Source: Haloferax volcanii DS2
GTDB lineage: Archaea; Halobacteriota; Halobacteria; Halobacteriales; Haloferacaceae
Assembly: GCF_000025685.1 (NCBI RefSeq)
Contig: NC_013967.1
Location: forward strand, 2,520,001 to 2,552,000
Length of the DNA: 32,000 bases
Direction: 5' to 3'
Each line of letters begins with the position of its first letter. Within the stretch, counting starts at the first letter, position 1. This document shows positions 8,398 to 16,417 of the stretch, one piece after another. The position numbers were made by a program, and so were the translations under genes. The notes beneath the pieces were generated by a model. That model saw nothing but the letters and a program-made list of their open reading frames with translations. It did no database searches and was not told where the DNA came from.

Positions 8398-9053
8398 AGA
8401 TTCGCTCGCACCTCCGTATCGACGAGCGACGGCAGTCCCAACTCTCGCGGGCGATGCAGGTCGTCCTCGTCGGTCTCGTCTTCATCGGCCTCGACCGCGG
8501 GAACCTCGGCATCGTCGTCAACGCGCTCGTCGGTCTCGGCGTGACCTATCTGCCGGCGATACTCGAACGCGACTACCGCATCCCGATGGACGCCGGGCTG
8601 ACGCTCTGGATATCCTCCGCGGCGTTCCTCCACGCGCTCGGGACGGTCGGCTTCCCCGGCTCGGAGACCAGTTTCTACGCGGGCGTCTGGTGGTGGGACC
8701 ATCTCACGCACGCGCTGTCGTCGTCGGTCGTCGCGGCCGCCGGCTACGCGACCGTCCGCGCGGTCGACGAGCACACGGCGGACATCTACCTGCCGCCGCG
8801 GTTCATGTTCGTCTTCATCCTGCTTTTCGTCCTCGCGTTCGGCGTCTTCTGGGAGGTCATCGAGTTCGCCATCTCCGGGGTCGCCTCGCTCGCCGGCACC
8901 GCGTCGGTGCTGACGCAGTACGGTCTCGACGACACGCTCTTGGACCTCGTGTTCGACGCCGTCGGCGGCGTCATCGTCGCCGTCTGGGGGACCGCCCACC
9001 TCTCGGACGTGGTCGGCGCGTTGCAGCGGCGGTTCGAAACGGCGCCTCGCTGA
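8394..9053 (+). CDS. Polytopic membrane protein (219 aa), paralogous to the preceding gene
   Basis: GTG start in a 4-nt overlap with the upstream stop; an alternative ATG is at 8457. It carries WDHLTHAL and FWEVIEF motifs. Its segment order matches the upstream protein. Confidence 0.65.
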   Translation: MKIRSHLRIDERRQSQLSRAMQVVLVGLVFIGLDRGNLGIVVNALVGLGVTYLPAILERDYRIPMDAGLTLWISSAAFLHALGTVGFPGSETSFYAGVWWWDHLTHALSSSVVAAAGYATVRAVDEHTADIYLPPRFMFVFILLFVLAFGVFWEVIEFAISGVASLAGTASVLTQYGLDDTLLDLVFDAVGGVIVAVWGTAHLSDVVGALQRRFETAPR

Positions 9054-9153
9054 CACGAACTGGCGGGGACCAGGCCGTCAGAATCAGCCGACAGCAGGCG
9101 ATTTCTCTCGAATCCCGATATACATTTGTACACGGACTGAGACGTTCACACCG

Positions 9154-9951
9154 ATGTCGAGTTGGATCGGTGATGGAGACGAGGACGCCGCCGACGCGTT
9201 CGAGACGGTCGGCCGTCGCCGGCAGATTCTCCAAGCGCTCTCGACGGAGTCACTTTCGAAGGCCGAACTGGTCCGCACGCTCTCGGTCTCTCGGTCCACC
9301 GTCGACCGCGGCGTCGAGCGACTCGTCGGGCTCGGTCTCGTCGAGCGGTCGAACGGCAGGTTCGTCGCCACGAGCGCGGGTCGAGTCGCGCTAGAGACGC
9401 ACGACGAAGCGATTCGGGCGATGGCGAACGTGCTCGGCGCGGTACCCGTGCTCGACCACCTCCCCGAGTCGGTCGAGCCGCCACCCTCGCTGTTCCGCGA
9501 GGCGGTCGTCTGTACCGGCGACCTCTCGGAGATGGAACGGCGCGCACCGCTCGATTTCGATATCAACGAGGTGACGGAGCTCGCCGGCTTCAACGGCCCG
9601 TTTCTGTTCAGTAACTGGCCCGAGGCGCGCGAGCAGCTCACCCGGCTCGGCGACAGCGTCACGCTCGTCCTCTCCGCGGAGTCGCTCGACTGGCTCTCGA
9701 ACCGCTATCCCGACGACCTCGACGCCATGGTCGACGCCGGCGTCCGCGTGGCCGCGGTCGACGAGGACCCGACGTTCGGCGTCGTGGTCATGGACCGACC
9801 GACGACGGCCTCCGTCACGCTCGTCGTCTACGACCACATGGGCGCTCCGGAGGCGCTAGTCGTGAGCTACGAGCCCTCGGCCGTGGCGTGGGGTCGCAGA
9901 CTCGTCGCGGCGCGCGCCGAGACCGCGCGCCCGTATCGGCCCGACGAGTGA
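9154..9951 (+). CDS. Winged-helix transcriptional regulator (ArsR/MarR-like N-terminal wHTH with a haloarchaeal C-terminal domain)
   Basis: RRRQILQALSTESLSKAELVRTLSVSRSTVDRGVERLVGLGLVER is a classic wHTH. A TATA-like gatatacattt lies ~30 bp upstream of the ATG. Confidence 0.7.
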   Translation: MSSWIGDGDEDAADAFETVGRRRQILQALSTESLSKAELVRTLSVSRSTVDRGVERLVGLGLVERSNGRFVATSAGRVALETHDEAIRAMANVLGAVPVLDHLPESVEPPPSLFREAVVCTGDLSEMERRAPLDFDINEVTELAGFNGPFLFSNWPEAREQLTRLGDSVTLVLSAESLDWLSNRYPDDLDAMVDAGVRVAAVDEDPTFGVVVMDRPTTASVTLVVYDHMGAPEALVVSYEPSAVAWGRRLVAARAETARPYRPDE

Positions 9952-10044
9952 GCCCGCGACAGCGCGGTGCGAGATGACCCGCCCGCCCACCGCCGCCGAA
10001 TCAGGGACGATTATTTGTGATAGTACGACGAAGGGTCCGACGAG

Positions 10045-10257
10045 ATGGTGTTCAAGAAAATCACCCTCGTCGGTCGGAGTGCAGAGAGTTTCGACGCCGC
10101 CGTCGACGACGCGATTAACCGCGCGGAGGAGACGCTCGCGGGCGTCCACTGGGTCGAAGTAAAGGAACTCGGCGTCGAACTCGCGTCCGTCGAGACGCGA
10201 GAGTACCAAGCCGAGGTCGAAGTCGCGTTCGAACTCGAAGGGGAAGACGGCGAGTAG
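10045..10257 (+). CDS. Dodecin (flavin-binding/storage protein)
   Basis: 70 aa. [31 protein letters not shown]...GVE......[12 protein letters not shown] closely follows my recollection of the Halobacterium salinarum dodecin sequence. Confidence 0.9.
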   Translation: MVFKKITLVGRSAESFDAAVDDAINRAEETLAGVHWVEVKELGVELASVETREYQAEVEVAFELEGEDGE

Positions 10258-10374
10258 AGACGACGCTCACTCGGTCGAGGCGATGACGGCCGCGCCGGTT
10301 CCGCGCCGTCTCGCCCGCCCACGGGCCGTCCCGACGGCTTCTTATCCGCCCGCACCGCCACATTCGAGAAGCGA

Positions 10375-11754
10375 ATGCCTCGGCTCCTCCACTACTCCGA
10401 CATCGAGAACGTCTTCGACGACACCGAGCGCGCCGGCCGCCTCGCGGGTTGCGTCAGCGCCCTCGACGGCGACGACACGCTCGTGGTCGGCACCGGCGAC
10501 AACACCGCGCCGGGCGTCCTCTCGCTCGTCGAGCGCGGCGGACAGGCGCTCGACTTCTACGACGCCGTGGACGCCGACCTCGAAACGTTCGGCAACCACG
10601 ACTTCGACTACGGGCCGAGCCGGACCCGCGAACTCGTCGCCGCGAGCCGGCCGACGTGGGTCACGAGCAACGTCCACGGCGAGGACGGCGGCCGGTTCGC
10701 CGCCGCCGGGGGAACCGTCCCGCGAACGACCCGAGAGGTGGACGGGCTGACCCTCGGCTTCTTCGGCGTCACCGACCCCGCGACCGGCACTATCAACCCG
10801 GAGGCGGCCGACGTCGGCTTCTCCGACCCCTACGCGGCCGCCGCCGACGCGGCCGCCGCACTCAGGGACGACGGCGCGGACCTCGTCGTCGCGCTCTCGC
10901 ACCTCGGCAGCGGCGACGACGAACTGGTCGCCCGGTGCGACGTGGACCTCGTCCTCGGCGGCCACGTCCACGCCGAGCGCGACGACGTGGTCGACGGCGT
11001 GCCAATCGTCCGCCCCGGCGCGAACGGCCACGTCGTCTGGGAGGTCCGCGTCGCCGCCGACAGAATCGAGACGGTCCGCCACCGGACCGCCGAGTACCGG
11101 GCCGACGAGGGGCTGGTCGCGGCGCTGGCGGGTCGAGTCGACGCCGCCGGCCTCGACGAGGTGCTCTGTCGAATCGACCGCCCCATGGACCGCGCCGAAG
11201 AGACCGTCGCGGCCGGCGAGTGCCGCGTCGGCAACGCCATCGCCGACGCCTACCGCTGGGCGACCGGCGCGGACGTGGGGCTGCAGAACAGCGGCGGCAT
11301 CCGCTCCGGCCCGCCCATCGGTCCCGAGGTGACCCACGCCGACCTCGTGAGCCTCGTCCCCTTCGAGGAGCACCTCGTCGTCGCCGAGGTGACCGGCACG
11401 GAGCTACTGGCGGCGTTCGGGGCCGCCCGCGGGGCCGAGATGGGATTCGGCGAACCGGACTGGTGGCACGCCCACGTCAGCGGCGCGCGCATCGTCTGGG
11501 ACGACGACCGCGACGAGGTCGTCGCGGCGTTCGTCGGCGGCGAGCCAATCGACCCAGAGGCGAGCTACACCGTCGCCACGAGCGACTACCTGCTCCACAG
11601 CACACAGGAGTTCCCGGCCATCACGCAGGCCCACCGGGGCGGCGAGTTCGAGATTCAACACGACGCGCTGGCGCGCTACGCCCGCGAGGTCGGCTTCGAC
11701 GCCGCCGTCGAGGGGCGCATCGAGCGCCGGTCGGCCAGCCGCGCCGACGACTGA
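10375..11754 (+). CDS. Bifunctional metallophosphatase / 5'-nucleotidase (UshA-like), no signal peptide
   Basis: Calcineurin-like phosphoesterase motifs (GTGDN, GNHDFDYG, GGHVH) followed by a C-terminal 5'-nucleotidase domain pattern (QNSGGIRSG). Confidence 0.85.
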   Translation: MPRLLHYSDIENVFDDTERAGRLAGCVSALDGDDTLVVGTGDNTAPGVLSLVERGGQALDFYDAVDADLETFGNHDFDYGPSRTRELVAASRPTWVTSNVHGEDGGRFAAAGGTVPRTTREVDGLTLGFFGVTDPATGTINPEAADVGFSDPYAAAADAAAALRDDGADLVVALSHLGSGDDELVARCDVDLVLGGHVHAERDDVVDGVPIVRPGANGHVVWEVRVAADRIETVRHRTAEYRADEGLVAALAGRVDAAGLDEVLCRIDRPMDRAEETVAAGECRVGNAIADAYRWATGADVGLQNSGGIRSGPPIGPEVTHADLVSLVPFEEHLVVAEVTGTELLAAFGAARGAEMGFGEPDWWHAHVSGARIVWDDDRDEVVAAFVGGEPIDPEASYTVATSDYLLHSTQEFPAITQAHRGGEFEIQHDALARYAREVGFDAAVEGRIERRSASRADD

Positions 11755-11838
11755 CGGAGACGGAAAGAGCGTGAGCAACGGCGACGCGGCCGTCGGAGAG
11801 GGAAAGGTTCACGCACGCCCGGCGAGTGGTCTCGGAGT

Positions 11839-12246
11839 ATGACACGGGTCGTGGTCCCGGTTCGGTACCCGCTCTCGAAGCACTCCCGGGCGACGCTCGA
11901 AGAGGCCGTCCGCGTCTCGCGCGAGCGCGACGCCGAACTGACGGTCCTCCACGTCGACCTCTACCAGTCGAACCGCGGCGTGACGCGGACCGAACTCAAG
12001 CGGGCGGTCGAAGCCGAGTTCGGGCCGCTCGTCCGCGCGCGCTACGTCGTCCGTCGGGGATTCCTCGTCGAGGAGACGATTCTCGAAGAGGTCGCCGCCG
12101 AGGAGGCCGACATCGTCGTCATCGGGTCGAAACAGGCGAGCCGCTGGCGGCGGATGCTCCGCCGGTTCCTCGACGACCCCGACATCGACGTGTTCCTCCG
12201 CGAAAAGCTCGACTGCACGGTCATCACCGTCCGCGCCGACGACTGA
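11839..12246 (+). CDS. Universal stress protein (UspA family)
   Basis: 135 aa. RVVVPV...LEEAV...ELTVLHV...ADIVVIGS...TVITV matches the Usp alpha/beta pattern. Confidence 0.8.
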   Translation: MTRVVVPVRYPLSKHSRATLEEAVRVSRERDAELTVLHVDLYQSNRGVTRTELKRAVEAEFGPLVRARYVVRRGFLVEETILEEVAAEEADIVVIGSKQASRWRRMLRRFLDDPDIDVFLREKLDCTVITVRADD

Positions 12247-12258
12247 GCCGGCGGCGCA

Positions 12259-12300
12259 CGGTTCGGTTCGAGTTCGGACTCGGATTCGAGTTCGGGTTTC
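12259..12300. repeat. Degenerate hexanucleotide tandem repeat (GTTCGR)n containing an exact 11-bp direct repeat
   Basis: ggttcg gttcga gttcgg actcgg attcga gttcgg gtttcc. ttcgagttcgg occurs at 12267-12277 and 12285-12295. The repeat lies in the convergent usp/mscS spacer. Confidence 0.7.
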
Positions 12301-12345
12301 CCCGTTTTCGATGCGACCAGTTTCGACTGCGTTCGCCGTTCCCCG

Positions 12346-13494
12346 TCAGTTCTCGGCGGTGTCCGCTGACTCCGCGCCCGCCGAGTCCGGGGCGTCGGTC
12401 GCGTCGGCCGAATCAGCCGCATCGACCGAGGCTTCGCCGCCCTCCCCGTCGGAGACCGACTGGACGGGCGCTCCCGGAGCCGGCGACGCGGTGGCGTGAC
12501 GCCGGTTCGCGGCCTCGTCGCTGGTGACGTGGAGGCTCCCACTGGTCTCGTCGAAGACGAGGTGCGTGTGCGGGTAGGCGAACTCGACGGTCGCGTCGGA
12601 CTCCTCGACGAGCGACCAGAGCCGCGTCTGGACCTCCGACTGGATGCGGCCGATTTTGTACGGTTTCAGCGCCCAGTAGCGGAGGCGCAGGAGGACGCCG
12701 TTGTCGGCGTAGGAGTTGATGTAGGCGGTCGGCTTCGCCGGGTAGCGGGCGCTCCCGATGCGGATGTCGGGGCCGCCTTCGACCACCGCGTCGCAGTCGC
12801 GGGCGGCGCGCTCGACGAGGTCGCGGGCGGCGTCGATGTCGGACTCGTAGGTGACGAGCACGTCGAGCGACAGACGGGTCCGCTCGTCTTCCGCGGAGTA
12901 GTTGATGACGTCGCGGTCGCGGATGTTCGAGTTCGACATCACGAGAAAGGTGTTGTCGAGGGTGAATATCTTCGTGTAGCTCAGGGTAATCTCGTCGATG
13001 AAGCCCTTCGTGCCGTCGTCGAGTTCTATCATGTCGCCGATTTCGAACGGCTGGTCCGAGAGGACGAACACCCCGTTGATGATGCTCCCGACGATGGGCG
13101 CGAGAACGATACCGAGCACCGCCGAAAACACCGTCACCGAGAGGACGATGTCGCCGAGTTCGAGGCCGAGGACGTTCGCGCCGACGCCGACGCCGACGAG
13201 GACGATAGCGAGACGAACGATTCGCAGGATGGTCTGGGCGACGCTCTGACGGCGGAACTGTCGGGCGACCGGCCGGCCGAGCAGACGGACAGCGTACTTC
13301 GAGAGCCCGACCGACAGGGCGACGATGACGAGGGCGACGGCGATGCGCCACCCCGGAAACAGGAAGTGGTCCGGCACGAACGCCGGCGGCGTGAGCGCCG
13401 TCGACTGGAGCGGGGCGACCGCGAGGTGGCTCCCCGCAGCCGATACCCCGCCGACCGCGGCCGACGCGTCGGCAACCCCCTCGACTCCGTGCAT
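12346..13494 (-). CDS. Mechanosensitive ion channel, MscS family, with an acidic C-terminal tail
   Basis: Three N-terminal TM helices are followed by the conserved MscS pore/beta-domain pattern (GSIINGVFVLSDQPFEIGDMIELDDGTKGFIDEITLSYTKI). Confidence 0.85.
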   Translation of the reverse strand: MHGVEGVADASAAVGGVSAAGSHLAVAPLQSTALTPPAFVPDHFLFPGWRIAVALVIVALSVGLSKYAVRLLGRPVARQFRRQSVAQTILRIVRLAIVLVGVGVGANVLGLELGDIVLSVTVFSAVLGIVLAPIVGSIINGVFVLSDQPFEIGDMIELDDGTKGFIDEITLSYTKIFTLDNTFLVMSNSNIRDRDVINYSAEDERTRLSLDVLVTYESDIDAARDLVERAARDCDAVVEGGPDIRIGSARYPAKPTAYINSYADNGVLLRLRYWALKPYKIGRIQSEVQTRLWSLVEESDATVEFAYPHTHLVFDETSGSLHVTSDEAANRRHATASPAPGAPVQSVSDGEGGEASVDAADSADATDAPDSAGAESADTAEN

Positions 13495-13588
13495 GGAACC
13501 CGCAACGGGGAGCGGCGAAAAAAGGGTTGTTACTTTGGGGGGTTCGGTCGCGGTGAACGGCTAAGTGTCGGGCCGTCGCAGTATCTGT

Positions 13589-14329
13589 ATGGCCGACGCG
13601 ACGACCGCCCGTCCCGACTTCCGCATCACCCACGAGACGCCGCCCAGTCGAGCGCTCCTCTGCGGCTTTTCGTCGTTCGGACTCGCCGGACTAACGGCCG
13701 TCGACTTCATCGTCGACCACCTCGACCTCGAACAGACCGGCCACCTCACCGTCGAGGGCATCCCGGCGGTGACGCCGTTCGAGGACGGTCGCCCCTGACA
13801 CCACACGCGACTGTTCTCCCGCGAGGATCTCGACGTGACCGTGCTCGTCGGCGAACTGTTCGTCCCCGCGGTCCACGGCACGCAGTTCGGAAACGCCATC
13901 CTCGAATGGACCGAACGAAATCAGGTCGAAGAACTCGCCGTCCTCTCGGGGATTCCGATGGCCCACGGCCCCGACGAACACCGCGTGTTCTACATCGCCA
14001 CCGACGACTACCGCGACGCGCGACTCGCCGATAGCGACATCCCGCCGATGGGTCGCGGGTTCTTCGACGGCACCAACGCGGCGCTCGTCGAGCGCGGCAT
14101 CGGGTCGCCCCTCGGCGTCGGCGTCTACGTCACGCCGGTTCACGCTCAAGTCCCCGACGTAGAGGCGGCTATCCGCCTCGTCGACGCCGCCAACGAGGTG
14201 TACGACCTCGGCGTTGACTCCTCGCCGCTGGAGTCCTTTGCGGCCGAGGTCCAGCAGTACTACGCCGAACTCGCCGAGCGACTCCACGAAAGCGAGGCCG
14301 ACTTCCCGGAAGACCGTATGTACATGTGA
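13589..14329 (+). pseudogene. PAC2-family proteasome assembly chaperone gene interrupted by a single in-frame TGA (13796-13798)
   Basis: ORFs 13565..13798 and 13835..14329 are in the same frame. The 12 codons between them are open. The joined product (~246 codons) has the length and N-terminal GFSSFGLAGLTAVDFIV pattern of archaeal PAC2 proteins. Confidence 0.65.
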
Positions 14330-14409
14330 AAACCGGCCCGCCCGCCGTTCCGCGACGCTCGCCGGCCGCCCTGCCATCAGTTGTGCCACTTGTTTTCGGA
14401 ATGTCGTGC

Positions 14410-14425
14410 TACTCGGATTTCAGTA
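14410..14425 (+). promoter_or_regulatory. Palindrome TACT-N8-AGTA abutting the TATA-like box of the TrmB-family gene (candidate TrmB operator)
   Basis: tactcggatttcagta was read directly. An AT-rich box taaatgattta (14424-14434) lies ~26 bp upstream of ATG 14459. Confidence 0.4.
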
Positions 14426-14458
14426 AATGATTTAGGTGATGCCGTACACGTCACGAGC

Positions 14459-15520
14459 ATGGCTGACGAACTGCGGCTCACCATGGAGCGAGTCGGTGAG
14501 CGCTTCAACCTCGGTGAGTACGAGATAGACGCGTATCTGGCCGTTCTCGAACACGGACAGTTGACGGCGAGCGAAATCGCGGACCGAACCAGCATCCCCC
14601 AGCCGCGGGTGTACGACACGGTCCGAAGCCTGTCGGACCGCGGCCTCGTCGAACTCCGCGAGTCGCGCCCGATGAAAATCGTCGCCGTCGACCCCGACGA
14701 CGCCTTCGCGAACGTCAAGACCTCGCTGGAGGAACTCATCGAGGAACTGGAGGCACGCTACACCGCCCCCGCCCGCGACACCGAGGCCGTCTCGCTCGTC
14801 AAGTCGCGGTCGACCATCCTCCGCTACATCGAGGAGATTATCGAGGCCGCGGAGTACGAACTCGTGCTCTCGTTGACGCCCGACCTGCTCCGTCGCTTCC
14901 GCGACGACCTCGCGGCGGCCATCGACAGCGGCGTCAGCATCGACCTGCTCGTGACGCCCGCCTCCCGCGCGCCCGACCCCGAGGAGTTCAACTACCTCGA
15001 CGTGGCGACCATCGCCCGCGCCCGCCGCGGCATCACCTCGCCCGTCCTCGCGGTCGCCGACGGCGAGTACTCCATCTACGCGACCCAGGACGCCCTCCGC
15101 GACGACCGCGACCGCTACGGCGTCATCTTCAACCGCTCCGCGCTCGGCTTCCTCGTGAGCGGCTTCTTCGGGACCGTCCTCTGGAGCACCGCCGAGACCA
15201 TCGTCGCCAACGGCAAGCGCCGGCCGTTCCCGCGCCGCTACGCCTCCATCCGCCGGGCCGTCAAGGACATCCGCGAGATAGAAGGCGACTTCTACGCCTC
15301 CGTCTCCGGCCGCGACATCGAGACCGGCGACCCCATCGTGGTCGAAGGGCGCGTCATCGAGACGGCCTTCGAGGACACGGAGGAGGTCGCGTCGCTCCAC
15401 ATCGAGACCGAAGAGGGCGTCGTCGAGGTCGGCGGGCTGGTCGCCGCGCTCGAAGACGTGGAGGGACAGGAGATTCTGCTCGGCCGCGACGAGGTTCCGA
15501 ACCGCGACGAAATCGTCTGA
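14459..15520 (+). CDS. trmB: TrmB-family sugar-responsive transcriptional regulator
   Basis: N-terminal wHTH ([48 protein letters not shown]), then a coiled-coil linker and a C-terminal effector-type domain. I chose ATG 14459 over the ORF-track start at 14381 because of the TATA spacing. Confidence 0.85.
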   Translation: MADELRLTMERVGERFNLGEYEIDAYLAVLEHGQLTASEIADRTSIPQPRVYDTVRSLSDRGLVELRESRPMKIVAVDPDDAFANVKTSLEELIEELEARYTAPARDTEAVSLVKSRSTILRYIEEIIEAAEYELVLSLTPDLLRRFRDDLAAAIDSGVSIDLLVTPASRAPDPEEFNYLDVATIARARRGITSPVLAVADGEYSIYATQDALRDDRDRYGVIFNRSALGFLVSGFFGTVLWSTAETIVANGKRRPFPRRYASIRRAVKDIREIEGDFYASVSGRDIETGDPIVVEGRVIETAFEDTEEVASLHIETEEGVVEVGGLVAALEDVEGQEILLGRDEVPNRDEIV

Positions 15521-15532
15521 AGCCGCGTCGTC

Positions 15533-15560
15533 AGTTTCCGCTCGCGTCTTTTCCGCTCGA
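15533..15560 (+). terminator. T-tracts and a 9-bp direct repeat downstream of trmB
   Basis: ttccgctcg occurs at 15536-15544 and 15551-15559. tctttt is at 15547-15552, in a convergent spacer. Confidence 0.3.
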
Positions 15561-15580
15561 CTAGTCCCCGCCAGCGACGG

Positions 15581-16375
15581 CTACTCGTCGGGGAACTCGT
15601 AGACGACCGCGCCGCAGTCCGCACAGCCGAGGACCTCGTGTTCCGGCGAGTCGTACAGCCCCGCGGTGCCGCCGCAGCAGTTGCGCGTCGTCGTCTCCTC
15701 GACCGGGCCGCCGCAGTCCGGACAGACCTCGACGAACATCCGCATCGGCTCCGTGGCCGCGAGCGCGACCATCGGGTCGACGCCGCGCTCGACGACCGTG
15801 TAGAGCGTCGCCACGTCCGCGATGGCCTGCGGCCGGGAAATCCACACGGACATCGAGGGGCCGTCTAGCGAGATGCCTCCGAACTCGGCGTCGACGGTCG
15901 CCTCGAACGGGACCGCGTTGGCGACTGCCTCGGCGAGTTCCTCGTCCGTGGCCTTCCGGAGCGTCGCCATCGTCGACTCCCACTCCTCGCGGGCGTCGGC
16001 GGCGAGGAACAGGCCGTCTTCCTCCTCGACGAGCACCCCGGCGTTCAGGAGCGTCGAGAGCATCACGTCGGGGTCGACGTTGGCGTCGAGCGACTCCGAG
16101 CGGCGGTCGGGGGCGTCGTCGCCGTGGTCGAAGACGCCGGCGAGACCGACTGCGCCGACCAACTGCGGCGCGAACGAGGGCGTACCGGGGACGACGTAGC
16201 CCCGGAGGTACACCGACAGCGCGCCGCCGACGAGGACGACGAGACCGGCGACCGGCGAGAGCACGCTGACCGCGAGACCGACGACGACGACGAGTGCGAC
16301 GTTGACGGCGGTACACGGGAGACAGCGGTTCTCGCCGGTGTGTTCCGGTCGCCTGAGTGAGTCGATGACGGACAT
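15581..16375 (-). CDS. Membrane protein with an N-terminal Cys pair, a TM hairpin, a cytoplasmic domain and a C-terminal zinc ribbon; function unknown
   Basis: 264 aa. CLPC near the N-terminus, two hydrophobic helices, and a C-terminal CPDCGG...CC...CADCG. Confidence 0.6.
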   Translation of the reverse strand: MSVIDSLRRPEHTGENRCLPCTAVNVALVVVVGLAVSVLSPVAGLVVLVGGALSVYLRGYVVPGTPSFAPQLVGAVGLAGVFDHGDDAPDRRSESLDANVDPDVMLSTLLNAGVLVEEEDGLFLAADAREEWESTMATLRKATDEELAEAVANAVPFEATVDAEFGGISLDGPSMSVWISRPQAIADVATLYTVVERGVDPMVALAATEPMRMFVEVCPDCGGPVEETTTRNCCGGTAGLYDSPEHEVLGCADCGAVVYEFPDE

Positions 16376-16417
16376 GGTGTGAACAGTGGGGCTGTGAGGG
16401 GTGTGCGTTCGCGGTGG

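Noticed and set aside
13796-13798. The in-frame TGA of the PAC2 gene as a selenocysteine or other recoded codon.
   Set aside because: Halobacteria are not known to encode the Sec machinery. Nothing in the window (no selB/selD-like genes, no obvious conserved 3' structure) supports recoding. A point mutation or sequencing error is the simpler explanation (kept as a finding).
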